A stretch of DNA of 64,000 bases from Candidatus Kryptonium sp. (GTDB taxonomy: Bacteria > Bacteroidota > Ignavibacteria > Kryptoniales > Kryptoniaceae): contig JANXBN010000001.1 of NCBI GenBank assembly GCA_025060635.1, forward strand, positions 565,284-629,283. Direction: 5' to 3'. How positions within the stretch are numbered: the stretch's first letter is position 1; each line of letters opens with the position of its first letter. The notes under the pieces were generated by a model. That model was given only the letters and a program-made list of their open reading frames with translations, made no database searches and was not told where the DNA came from. The translations under genes and the position numbers were made by a program. Positions 9,960 through 21,775 of the stretch are shown piece after piece.

Positions 9960-9978
9960 GGGGGAGGGAAGCTCCCCC
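9960..9978. other. GC-rich hairpin between sucC and rpiB (no U-tract on the transcribed strand; possible stabiliser or processing site)
   Basis: GGGGGAG-ggaag-CTCCCCC, 7-bp stem. Confidence 0.5.
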
Positions 9979-9987
9979 GTCGTGGTA

Positions 9988-11169
9988 TTAGTTTATTCCG
10001 AGTTCTTTGAGGACATTTACAACCTTTTCAGCTGCATCTTTAAAGCCATTTGCAACGATGAAATTTAGTCCTGATTCTTTAAGAATCCTTGCACCTTCTT
10101 CAGCATTCGTTCCTTCAAGTCGTATAACAACAGGGACATTTACTCCGACCTTTTTTGCAGCTTCAACTACTCCTTGCGCGACACGATCGCATCGGACGAT
10201 CCCACCGAATATATTGATAAGTATTGCTTTTACATTTGGATCGGAAAGAATTATCCTGAAGCCTTGTTCAACCGTTTCAGTTTTTGCGCCACCACCGACA
10301 TCAAGAAAGTTTGCTGGTTCACCACCAGCAAGTTTAATTAAATCCATAGTAGCCATCGCAAGTCCTGCGCCATTAACCATGCAACCAACATTCCCATTGA
10401 GACGGATGTAGTTAAGATTATATTTTGACGCTTCAACTTCAAGTGGATCTTCCTCGTCAATATCGCGCATTTCAAGTATTTCGGGATGTCTGAAGAGTGC
10501 GTTGTCATCAAAGTTCATCTTTGCGTCAAGAGCTAGAACTTGTCCATCGGTGGTTAAAACAAGTGGATTGATTTCAGCAAGGGACGCGTCGGTTTCTTCG
10601 TAAGCTTTATAAAGAGCGAGCAAAAACTTAACAGCGTTTTTAAATGCTTCTCCTTCAAGTCCAAGTCCAAATGCAAGTCGTCTTGCTTGATATGGCATTA
10701 GACCAATTTTGGGATCAATATATTCTTTCAAAATCTTCTCGGGGCTTTCGGCGGCAACTTGTTCAATTTCTACTCCTCCTTCGCTTGAAACCATCACAAC
10801 ATTTCTAAAAGTGCTTCTGTCAAGAGTTATTCCCACATACAACTCCTTTTGAATCTTTAATCCTTGTTCAACGAGGACTTTTTTGACAATTTTACCTTCT
10901 GGACCTGTTTGATATGTTACAAGTTTTGAACCAAGCATATTTTTCGCATGTTCATAAACTTCCTCGTAGCTTTTTGCAAGTTTTATTCCACCAGCTTTAC
11001 CTCTTCCACCTGCGTGAATTTGAGCTTTTACGACCCATAGTTCGCCACCGATTTCTTTAGCTACCTCAACTGCTTCTTCAGGTGTAAAAGCAACGCGACC
11101 TTTTGGAACAGCGACACCAAATTTTTTCAAAATTTCTTTCGCCTGGTATTCATGTATTTTCATTTGCAA
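9988..11169 (-). CDS. sucC: Succinyl-CoA ligase beta subunit
   Basis: [59 protein letters not shown]; sucD not adjacent. Confidence 0.96.
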   Translation of the reverse strand: MQMKIHEYQAKEILKKFGVAVPKGRVAFTPEEAVEVAKEIGGELWVVKAQIHAGGRGKAGGIKLAKSYEEVYEHAKNMLGSKLVTYQTGPEGKIVKKVLVEQGLKIQKELYVGITLDRSTFRNVVMVSSEGGVEIEQVAAESPEKILKEYIDPKIGLMPYQARRLAFGLGLEGEAFKNAVKFLLALYKAYEETDASLAEINPLVLTTDGQVLALDAKMNFDDNALFRHPEILEMRDIDEEDPLEVEASKYNLNYIRLNGNVGCMVNGAGLAMATMDLIKLAGGEPANFLDVGGGAKTETVEQGFRIILSDPNVKAILINIFGGIVRCDRVAQGVVEAAKKVGVNVPVVIRLEGTNAEEGARILKESGLNFIVANGFKDAAEKVVNVLKELGIN

Positions 11170-11184
11170 TCCTTCGTTTATTTT

Positions 11185-11910
11185 TTAATTAATTCCAGCC
11201 CATTTCTTGACAATTTCTGCAACAATAGGATTCATAAGCGTTAAAACTATGATGACGAGAATTATCAGGAAGTTTAATTTTAAGTTCAACCTGTCTATTT
11301 CGGATTTGAGTTCTGTCTTTACTGTTTGCAGTTCAGCTCTAACGTTTTCAATTTTTGCATCAAGTTCAGCTCTTACGGTTTGCAGTTCGGCTCTAACGCT
11401 TTCAATTTTTGTATCAAGTTCAGCTCTCGTAGATTGCAATTCGGACCTTACACTTTCAATTTGCCTTTCAAGCTCGTTTTTGGTGGTTTTCAATTCAGCT
11501 CTAACGCTTTCAATTTTTGCATCAAGTTCAGCTCTTGCGGTTTGCAGTTCAGCTCTAACACTTTCAATTTTTGCATCAAGTTCAGCTCTCGTAGATTGCA
11601 ATTCAGATCTTACATTTTCAATTTGTCTTTCAAGATCTATTCTCGTGTTTTGTAGTTCAACTCTTACATTTTCAATTCTACTTTCAAGTTCGGTTCGCAC
11701 TAACACGACATCTGCTTTGCTTGCGAGCTCTTTTGTTAACTCATCTTTGAGTTCAAATTTTTTCTCAATTCCGATAGTTTCAGCTCTATGTTTCATCTCA
11801 TTGATGAAATCCTCAATCATCTTGGTTATTTCAACCGCTTCATCTCTTCCGAACTTCTTCTCAAGTTTTTCATACAAGCTAAAAGGAACGCTCATTAATA
11901 TCCTCCCCAA
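11185..11910 (-). CDS. DUF1640/CCDC90-like membrane-anchored coiled-coil protein
   Basis: Short helical head, LASKADV neck motif, long coiled-coil stalk, C-terminal TM helix. Confidence 0.75.
   Translation of the reverse strand: MGRILMSVPFSLYEKLEKKFGRDEAVEITKMIEDFINEMKHRAETIGIEKKFELKDELTKELASKADVVLVRTELESRIENVRVELQNTRIDLERQIENVRSELQSTRAELDAKIESVRAELQTARAELDAKIESVRAELKTTKNELERQIESVRSELQSTRAELDTKIESVRAELQTVRAELDAKIENVRAELQTVKTELKSEIDRLNLKLNFLIILVIIVLTLMNPIVAEIVKKWAGIN
11299..11676 (-). repeat. Seven tandem 54-bp (18-aa) repeats, consensus IESVRAELQT.RAELDAK
   Basis: Residues 79-204 of the 11185..11910 protein; near-identical DNA units visible (e.g. ttcaatttttgcatcaagttcagctct). Confidence 0.92.
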
Positions 11911-11912
11911 AA

Positions 11913-13466
11913 TTATTTAATTTTTTCCGAGATCGCTTTTCCTTGCAAGAACAATAGCAAGTAGTCAGGACCGCCAGCTTTTGAATCAGTTCCGCTCATA
12001 TTAAATCCGCCAAATGGATGCACACCAACTATTGCGCCTGTGCATTTTCGGTTTATGTAAAGATTTCCGACATGGAAAAGTTTTTTTGCTTTTTCAATCT
12101 TTTTTCTGTTTTTTGTATAAACGGAGCCAGTCAAACCGTATTCAGTATCGTTTGCAATTTCAAGCGCATGATCAAAATCTCTCGCTTTTATAACTGCAAG
12201 AACAGGACCAAAAATTTCTTCTTGAGCTATCCTTGCTTTAGGATCAACATCTGCGAAAATTGTCGGTTTTATATAATATCCTTCATCTTGGCGAACTGCT
12301 TCACCACCTGTTAATAATTTTCCTTCTGATTTCCCAATTTCAATATATGAAAGAATTTTCTGTTGAGCTCCAGCGTTTATTACAGGTCCAACTGGATAGT
12401 TATCTTTCGCTGGTCCGATTTCAAGTTTTTCTGTTTCTGCAACAAGTTTTTCAATAAATTTATCATAAATGCTTTCAACAACAATTGCTCTTGAACAAGC
12501 GGAGCACTTTTGACCTTGATAACCAAAGGCGGAAACCACAACACCTTTAACAGCTGAATCAAGATCTGCCTCATCGTCAACGATAATTGCGTCTTTACCG
12601 CCCATTTCTGCAATCACTCGCTTAAGCCATATTTGTCCTGGTTGAACCTTTGAAGCAAGCTCGTAGATATGAATCCCAACTTCTTTTGAACCAGTGAAGG
12701 CAACAAATCTCGTCTTCGGATGCGCAACAAGTGTATCTCCAACGCTTGAGCCTGGACCAGTTATAAAGTTTAGAACACCATCTGGGAGTCCTGCCTCTTT
12801 CATTAGTTCATAAAACTTCGCTCCAATAACTGGTGAGTCACTTGATGGTTTCAGAACAACTGTGTTTCCAGTTACAAGTGCACCAACAGTCATACCGAGC
12901 AAAATCGCAAGCGGGAAATTCCATGGTGGAATTACTGCGCCAGCTCCGAGAGGAATATATACCATTTCGTTTTTCTCGCCTGGATATTTAACTACAGGAG
13001 CTCCTTTTGCATAATGAAGAGCCCATCTGCTGTAATATTCAAGATAATCAATTGCTTCTGCGACATCAGCATCGGCTTCCGCCCAATTTTTCCCTACCTC
13101 AAAAACCTGCCAAGATGCAAATTCAAATTTTCTCTTTCTCAATATCTGTGCAGCTTTTAGCATAATTTTAACTCTATATTCTGGCTTTGTCATGCTCCAT
13201 TCTTTAAAAGCTTCGTTCGCCACTTCAATTGCCTTGTTCGCAAGATCCGCAGTTCCCTTTTGGAGAATACCTACAACCTGATCTTTCTTTGATGGATTAT
13301 AGGAATAAAATTTCTCGCTTGTTTTGATTCGTTCTCCGCCGATTATGATATCATATTCTTTTCCAAGTTCGCTCTCAACCTTTGCGAGAGCTTTTTCCAT
13401 CTTTTTACGATTTTCTGGTTTTGAGAAATCGGTAAATGGTTCGTTTTTGAAGCGAGGTAGCTTCAT
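11913..13466 (-). CDS. pruA: L-glutamate gamma-semialdehyde (P5C) dehydrogenase, RocA/PruA type
   Basis: FKNEPFTDF, IPPWNFP, AEMGGKD, GQKCSACS, EEIFGPV, KAGGPDYL. Confidence 0.93.
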   Translation of the reverse strand: MKLPRFKNEPFTDFSKPENRKKMEKALAKVESELGKEYDIIIGGERIKTSEKFYSYNPSKKDQVVGILQKGTADLANKAIEVANEAFKEWSMTKPEYRVKIMLKAAQILRKRKFEFASWQVFEVGKNWAEADADVAEAIDYLEYYSRWALHYAKGAPVVKYPGEKNEMVYIPLGAGAVIPPWNFPLAILLGMTVGALVTGNTVVLKPSSDSPVIGAKFYELMKEAGLPDGVLNFITGPGSSVGDTLVAHPKTRFVAFTGSKEVGIHIYELASKVQPGQIWLKRVIAEMGGKDAIIVDDEADLDSAVKGVVVSAFGYQGQKCSACSRAIVVESIYDKFIEKLVAETEKLEIGPAKDNYPVGPVINAGAQQKILSYIEIGKSEGKLLTGGEAVRQDEGYYIKPTIFADVDPKARIAQEEIFGPVLAVIKARDFDHALEIANDTEYGLTGSVYTKNRKKIEKAKKLFHVGNLYINRKCTGAIVGVHPFGGFNMSGTDSKAGGPDYLLLFLQGKAISEKIK

Positions 13467-13480
13467 TTTTTCCTCCTGTT

Positions 13481-13915
13481 TTATTTTTTGCCTGTTAATT
13501 TATTAATTATTTCTTTGGCCTTCTCAAAACCACTTTTGATCACTGCCTCATCTGCACCATGTCTATAATACCCCAAAATATGCAGGTTTTCATAAACCGT
13601 GTTGAAAGCGTCAATCAATTTTCCATTTTTGGGCAAGCTTCTTAAAAATTTTCTGTATTCAATTACATTTTCTGGGAATTCATCAGGAGAAAGCCCCCTT
13701 CTTAACATTTCGCCCTCTATTGCTCTCAACACTGCAATATATGCAGTTCCACACGCCTCTGAAACCTTTTTTATGTTTCTATATCTACCATTTTCTACAG
13801 GGGACTCCGAAAGCGTTTTCAGCGCGTTTCGGTACAATTCATTCGCAAATTCAAAAGCTTCTACAAAAGTTTCCTGCGGCTTAAGGAGTTTTTTTATTTT
13901 GTTCCTTTTTCGCAT
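13481..13915 (-). CDS. DUF5618-like (HEPN/PaREP1-like) small helical protein
   Basis: A..LY.NA...L...P.E.G.Y...K.V..A.GTAY.AVL.A and YENLHILGYY pattern recalled for DUF5618. Confidence 0.6.
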   Translation of the reverse strand: MRKRNKIKKLLKPQETFVEAFEFANELYRNALKTLSESPVENGRYRNIKKVSEACGTAYIAVLRAIEGEMLRRGLSPDEFPENVIEYRKFLRSLPKNGKLIDAFNTVYENLHILGYYRHGADEAVIKSGFEKAKEIINKLTGKK

Positions 13916-13974
13916 TTGAACAAGTGGTAAAAATTTTGCTTTTTATAAAATTTAAAAATTTTTATCGTCAAAAC

Positions 13975-15465
13975 TCAACTTCTGCGCCCATTAAACTTAT
14001 CAACTAATGCCTGAACCAAATTTCCTACGATTATTGTTGTTCCAGCGCCAATGAATGTATGCCAAGTCCAGGCTATTTTCGTGTTTAAAATTACATAAAC
14101 CATCATCAAAACTCCGGATATAAATGCAATCAATGCGCTGTTTTCGTTAACATTTTTAGATAAAACCCCGAGGAGAAATGTCCCAAGTAGTCCGCCATAT
14201 GTAAATGAAGCAATGCTTAAAGCAAGTTCAACTACTGTTCTTTCTGTCCTCATGAAAAACATCGCTGATCCAACAAGAAGAATTGCCCATATCGCAGTTA
14301 TTATTCTTGAAACAATTAATTCTTTCTTCTCATCTATATTTTTTCCGAAGTATGGTTTATAGATATCAATCATAGCCGATGAAGCAAGGGAACTCATTGA
14401 GCCAGCAAGAGTTGACATAGCAGCTGCAAAAAGTCCAGCTATTATCAAACCGGAGATTCCAGATGGCATATATTTCACGATGAAATCAGCGAAAACCTCA
14501 TTTGGATTCATATTTGCACCATTGTAAAAGGTATAAAGCATTAAACCGAGAAACAGAAACATGAAAAATTGAAGTGCAACGATGAAACCAGTTGTAATTA
14601 ACGCTTTTTGACTGTTCTTCAAAGAATCGGTTGTAAGAAGTCGCTGGACAATAAGTTGGTCAGCTCCGTGTGAAGCCATTGAAAGGAAGGCACCGCCAAT
14701 TAAACTTGCAAGCAATGTATATGGTTGGGAGAAGAAATCTTTTAAAGGTTTATCAAAACCCCAATTTATAATTTTGAATTTTTCCGCTGAAAAACTTAAC
14801 ACTTGTGAAATCCCACCATCAATTTTGCTTCCAAGCACTATGATCGCTGCAATAGCTCCACCTATGTAGATAAACATTTGAACGACATCCATCCATATAA
14901 CTGCTCTAACGCCACCAATAAATGTGTAAAGAAAGGTCACAAACGAAACGACGGCAATTGAGGTTATGTAAATTTGAGCATCTGACCAATTGACGAATTG
15001 TCCTGAATTTTTCAAAATTATCGCAAGAGGTATTGCAGTTGTAAAAAGGCGCACACCATCCGCAGCAAGTCGTGTTACCATGAAAACAATTGAGGCAAAA
15101 TTTCTTACTTTTCGTCCGAATCTTATTCCAAGGAACTGATACGCTGTTGCAAGTTCCCCACGATAGTAAGCTGGAAGGAAAATGAAACTTACAGCAATTC
15201 TTCCGAGAATATATCCAAACGCAAGCTGCAGGAAATTTAAGTTTGTTGCATATGCAACCCCTGGTATGCTTAAAAATGTCAACGCGCTCGTCTCTGTTGC
15301 AACGACAGCGAAGCAAACCGCAAGCCATGGAATTCGTCTCGCTCCAAGGAAATAATCCGCTGTGTTTTTTTGCTTTCCGCCAGAAATTATTCCAAAGATT
15401 AAAACCCCGAGAAGATAGGCAACAACGATTAACCAATCAATTAAACCGAAATTCATAAAGTTCAT
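13975..15465 (-). CDS. Sodium:solute symporter (SSS family)
   Basis: DYFLG, VATETSALTF, GGVRAVIWMD, DQLIVQRLL, AAAMSTL; many TM helices. Confidence 0.92.
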   Translation of the reverse strand: MNFMNFGLIDWLIVVAYLLGVLIFGIISGGKQKNTADYFLGARRIPWLAVCFAVVATETSALTFLSIPGVAYATNLNFLQLAFGYILGRIAVSFIFLPAYYRGELATAYQFLGIRFGRKVRNFASIVFMVTRLAADGVRLFTTAIPLAIILKNSGQFVNWSDAQIYITSIAVVSFVTFLYTFIGGVRAVIWMDVVQMFIYIGGAIAAIIVLGSKIDGGISQVLSFSAEKFKIINWGFDKPLKDFFSQPYTLLASLIGGAFLSMASHGADQLIVQRLLTTDSLKNSQKALITTGFIVALQFFMFLFLGLMLYTFYNGANMNPNEVFADFIVKYMPSGISGLIIAGLFAAAMSTLAGSMSSLASSAMIDIYKPYFGKNIDEKKELIVSRIITAIWAILLVGSAMFFMRTERTVVELALSIASFTYGGLLGTFLLGVLSKNVNENSALIAFISGVLMMVYVILNTKIAWTWHTFIGAGTTIIVGNLVQALVDKFNGRRS

Positions 15466-15809
15466 TTTTTTGTTTTTAAAGAAAGAGCATCTTCAACAGT
15501 AGGTAAGACTTGGAAAAGTGAATCAAGTTTCGTTATTTTTAACAAGTTCAAAATCCTATCGCCCACCCCAGTGAGAATTACAACTCCCTTGTTTTCGCGC
15601 ATCCTTCTTTCACAAAATAAAAGCGAGCTTAGACCAGAGCTATCGCAATATTCAACTTGAGATAAATCAATTATTAATTTCTTCATTCCACTTTGACATA
15701 AAGCCAAAAATTCTGCTTTCAATTCAGGCGCTATGATCGCATCAAGTTTTTTCTCGTTCAACTTGAAAACTAATGTATCTTTGACCGGCTTTAATAGTTC
15801 AAAGTTCAT
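15462..15809 (-). CDS. STAS-domain anti-sigma factor antagonist (RsbV/SpoIIAA-like)
   Basis: IDLSQVEYCDSSGLSSL with phosphorylatable Ser; LKITKLD. Confidence 0.9.
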   Translation of the reverse strand: MNFELLKPVKDTLVFKLNEKKLDAIIAPELKAEFLALCQSGMKKLIIDLSQVEYCDSSGLSSLLFCERRMRENKGVVILTGVGDRILNLLKITKLDSLFQVLPTVEDALSLKTKK

Positions 15810-15825
15810 AAAATTGCGATTTTTA

Positions 15826-16353
15826 TTAGAATATGCTCAAAGATCCTATCATTCCTGAATAAGCTGACTTTAAATCTGTGTTCTTGCCTATTGCAAGTTG
15901 AAAATTATAAAACAGATCCGCGTTGTCCCTTTTGAAACCAATTTTAATCCCAGAGTTGAGGTCTTGACAAAGCCATGCATTGAAAATATCAAAGTCAAAG
16001 CTCATATCTATTACAATGTCGTATCTAAAGAGAGCAAGTTTTTTAAGAAAATTACTTTTGGGCAAACCAAAAACTGAAACGTTATCCTCGGTTACCTCAA
16101 TGAAACGATATCTTTTCGTAGTGAAATATTCCTTGAACTTAGAGAGCGCTATGACGGTTATGTTATATTTCCCAGGAATATCTTTGAGCATTTCATATGC
16201 AGTTAAAAACTGCTTCTCTTCCCTTGGCATTATTATAGCAATATATCTTGCCCTTTGAAATGCCTGCGTGAAGTTGACAATTTTTCTACCCCTAACTCCG
16301 CTTTTTAACTTTGCGAAAGCTATTATTAACTTTTGAAGTAAAGTTTTCATCAC
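15826..16353 (-). CDS. Hypothetical protein (glycosyltransferase family 9 N-terminal-like)
   Basis: YDIVIDMS, KIGF motif; operonic position. Confidence 0.5.
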   Translation of the reverse strand: MMKTLLQKLIIAFAKLKSGVRGRKIVNFTQAFQRARYIAIIMPREEKQFLTAYEMLKDIPGKYNITVIALSKFKEYFTTKRYRFIEVTEDNVSVFGLPKSNFLKKLALFRYDIVIDMSFDFDIFNAWLCQDLNSGIKIGFKRDNADLFYNFQLAIGKNTDLKSAYSGMIGSLSIF

Positions 16354-16360
16354 GGATCTA

Positions 16361-16972
16361 TCACTTTGATCTTCTTCCTTTTATAAACGCTTGGCGTATG
16401 TATTCTTTGTCATAGAAGTAATAAGAAAGTCCAAGTTTCAAGGCAATGAAGCCGTCTTTATCTTTTGTCGTTGGATCTCCATCAAGATCGCCCTTTGTTG
16501 TGAGATTATACGAGGCAGAAAAATCAACTGACAAGAAATGTTTCACATACATATTCAATCCAAGCCCAAATCCAGCAGTTGCTGTGTTCCGACCCATATA
16601 ATTGCTTATGTTCGGTTGATAATGAATTATCCCGCCAGAAATGAAGAAATAGACATCTGACTTGCTTCTTGGAACAATGTGAAATTCACTTTGCAATTCA
16701 CCAGATATTATCGTAGTCCAATTCTTTAAGTTTGTATTTTTATCTTTAAATCCAACCCATCCTCCTGAAAATTTGCCAACGATTGAGAGAAAATCAAAAA
16801 CTCCTAATCTTACTTTCGCATTTCCGATTGATTGAATATCTGGTTTTGATTGACCTTGAAAAATTGAAATTCCAGCATCAGCGCCAAAGCCAAATTTACC
16901 AGGTAAAGTTTGAGGCAGCAAGGAGTTAGTAACGATAATTAGCAAGATTATAAGCGAAAAGGCTTTTCGCAT
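16361..16972 (-). CDS. Outer-membrane beta-barrel protein
   Basis: Signal peptide, alternating beta strands, aromatic-rich last strand (LGLSYYF). Confidence 0.7.
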   Translation of the reverse strand: MRKAFSLIILLIIVTNSLLPQTLPGKFGFGADAGISIFQGQSKPDIQSIGNAKVRLGVFDFLSIVGKFSGGWVGFKDKNTNLKNWTTIISGELQSEFHIVPRSKSDVYFFISGGIIHYQPNISNYMGRNTATAGFGLGLNMYVKHFLSVDFSASYNLTTKGDLDGDPTTKDKDGFIALKLGLSYYFYDKEYIRQAFIKGRRSK

Positions 16973-16985
16973 TTTTCCCTCCAGT

Positions 16986-19773
<2,788 letters not shown>

Positions 19774-19925
19774 TTTTTTCCTTTTTAGTTTTCAGAAAAT
19801 AATCTAACAAAATTAATCTTTTTAATCAAAATATGCCTTGGGAAAGCACAATGCAGGGTAGCGATTTATCAGAAAGAGAGAATTTAGGAGCTCGTCAAGA
19901 TTGGAAGTTTAAAAATGATAAATTG

Positions 19926-20000
19926 TGGGCGCTGCAGGATTCGAACCTGCGACCTCTACCGTGTGAAGGTAGCGCTCTGGACCAACTGAGCTAAGCGCCC
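19926..20000 (-). tRNA. tRNA-Val(CAC)
   Basis: GGGCGCT acceptor stem, CTACC-TTCACAC-GGTAG anticodon arm, GCAGG-TTCGAAT-CCTGC T arm; CCA not encoded. Confidence 0.96.
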
Positions 20001-20046
20001 CAATGGTTTATATTAATTTAAAAACGAAAAACAATAAACGCAAAAT

Positions 20047-21576
20047 CTAAACTCGGGAGGCGAGATGATTATGAGCGAGCGACTTTATTCTTGATTTTAC
20101 AGCTTCGTCTGCTGGATTGCGCTCAAGAAGTACTTCATAACACTGAAGGGCTTTGTGAATATCACCTGCGCCTATGTAAGATAAAGCAAGAACTTTAATA
20201 GCATCATTAAAAAATGGAGATTCTTTGAGGTTCAAAAATTCTTTCAAAACATCAATTGCCTCGTTGAATTTTCTTAAACCAACAAGGCAAGTTCCGAGGT
20301 TGTATTTTATTTCGTCATCGTCCTTAAATTCAAGAGCGAATTTCAAAGTTTTAACTGCATTTTCAAGATCACCCTCAATTTGTTGAATTCCAGCAAGTAT
20401 CTTAAAAACATCAAATGATGGTTTAACCTCCGCAATATATTTTATGATCTGCACAGCGTTTTTGTTTAGCGATTTGTATTCAGCGACAAGGAAATCAAGT
20501 GCCAATTTATAAAATTTTTCACTTGTCAATATCCGCAAAATATACTTTTTTGAGTTTTGAAAGTTCCCGAGTTTAAAGTAGCATATCATCAAGTTAAACA
20601 TTATAAGTTCGGGTTCAATGAAATTTTCAAGTGCTGTTTCAAGAGGTTTGCCTTTGGATAAAGCGTATAAATTTTTGAGCGCTTTTTCAAGGAAGTTTTT
20701 TGCAAATATGAAGTTTGATTGTTTCATATGCGCAAGTCCAGCGGAAAAATAAGCTCCTACTTGATGTGGCGCAATTTTTATTGATTTGACAAAATAGTTG
20801 AGCCCCTGCGATATATTACCTTTTTGAATTTCATATTCGCCGAGAGTGTGGTAAATGACAGCTCCAAGAGAATCACTTAAGTTGGAAATTTCCCGTGGAA
20901 TCTGAATTGATCTTTTTAGATATTCAATCCCTTCATCTTTTTCTCCTTTTAAGATCTTCGTGATACCAATATGATAACATGTGTAAGCATTGTTTGGATT
21001 TTGTTTAAATTGGTCAAGCAAAATTTGCAAGTTCCTTTCATATTTTTTGTTCATTATTTCATCGCTTTGACCATAGCCAAGATGAGTAATTGTTATATCT
21101 GTCTTTGCTAGTTTCCCGCCACTTCTTAAAATTGATGGTGATATCTGTTCATGTATTTTGCCCTCAAATTTGAATTCATCTTTCCTTCTAAATAATCTCG
21201 GATACTCATTTATTACGGAGGGTTTGCCTTCTTTGTCAAGATTTATAACTCGGACATAGAGGCCATCAAAATTTAAATTGATATATTTCTTTATCTTTTT
21301 TTCCTGTCCTTGATTTAATCGTTCATCTGCGTCAAGGACTAAAATCCAATCACCAGTTGCGTGTTTTATTGATTCATTTCTTGCAGATGCGAAGTCGTTT
21401 TCCCATTTAAAAGAAAAAACCTTAGCATTGTAAGAACGAGCGATATCAATCGTTCTATCGGTTGAACCTGTGTCAACTATGATTATCTCATCAACTATAT
21501 TTTTCACGCTTTCTAAACATTCTGGGAGAAATTTTTCCTCATTTTTAACAATCATGCAAAGTGAAATTTTGGGCAT
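20047..21576 (-). CDS. GT2 glycosyltransferase with TPR repeats (probable flagellin glycosyltransferase)
   Basis: ISLCMIVKNEE, DTGSTD, DFASARN, LDADE, GKIHEQ; TPR C-terminus; divergent from fliC. Confidence 0.88.
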   Translation of the reverse strand: MPKISLCMIVKNEEKFLPECLESVKNIVDEIIIVDTGSTDRTIDIARSYNAKVFSFKWENDFASARNESIKHATGDWILVLDADERLNQGQEKKIKKYINLNFDGLYVRVINLDKEGKPSVINEYPRLFRRKDEFKFEGKIHEQISPSILRSGGKLAKTDITITHLGYGQSDEIMNKKYERNLQILLDQFKQNPNNAYTCYHIGITKILKGEKDEGIEYLKRSIQIPREISNLSDSLGAVIYHTLGEYEIQKGNISQGLNYFVKSIKIAPHQVGAYFSAGLAHMKQSNFIFAKNFLEKALKNLYALSKGKPLETALENFIEPELIMFNLMICYFKLGNFQNSKKYILRILTSEKFYKLALDFLVAEYKSLNKNAVQIIKYIAEVKPSFDVFKILAGIQQIEGDLENAVKTLKFALEFKDDDEIKYNLGTCLVGLRKFNEAIDVLKEFLNLKESPFFNDAIKVLALSYIGAGDIHKALQCYEVLLERNPADEAVKSRIKSLAHNHLASRV

Positions 21577-21610
21577 TTGTGAGGTTCAAGTTTTCTTTTC
21601 TTAATAAGAT

Positions 21611-21637
21611 TTATCGGAATAATTTGGAGACTCTTTA
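21611..21637 (-). promoter_or_regulatory. sigma-28 promoter for the GT2-TPR gene
   Basis: Minus strand TAAA(21637-21634)-N15-TCCGATAA(21618-21611). Confidence 0.75.
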
Positions 21638-21674
21638 GGGGAGCGTGTGTTTCTCTGCTTTTATGTTTTAAGAT

Positions 21675-21702
21675 TAAAGTAACTCGGGATTGAATCCGAT
21701 AA
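21675..21702 (+). promoter_or_regulatory. sigma-28 promoter for fliC
   Basis: TAAA(21675-21678)-N16-TCCGATAA(21695-21702). Confidence 0.8.
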
Positions 21703-21715
21703 ATAAAAGTGAAAT

Positions 21716-21768
21716 GTCAGGGCAAGGAAGCCCTGACGAATGTAAAACAAACAAAAAACAAGGAGGTT
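21716..21768 (+). promoter_or_regulatory. CsrA/RsmA-type sites in the fliC leader
   Basis: 8-bp hairpin GTCAGGGC-AAGGAA-GCCCTGAC with GGA in the loop, plus CAAGGAGG overlapping the SD. Confidence 0.7.
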
Positions 21769-21775
21769 ATAAGCC

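Noticed and set aside
9960-9984. CTCCCCCGTCGTGG, a partial resemblance to the shared CCCCGCCGTAG box
   Set aside because: Two mismatches, and the C-run is explained by the local hairpin stem; not counted as a fourth site.
11207-11920. 237-aa + strand ORF (and 11326..11655) over the repeat gene
   Set aside because: Antisense shadow of the repetitive coiled-coil gene; Ser/Leu/Phe-rich with no motifs.
19836-19860. GG-N10-GC spacing upstream region near rodZ/tRNA-Val
   Set aside because: Lacks the TGGCAC and TTGC context and points toward no gene.
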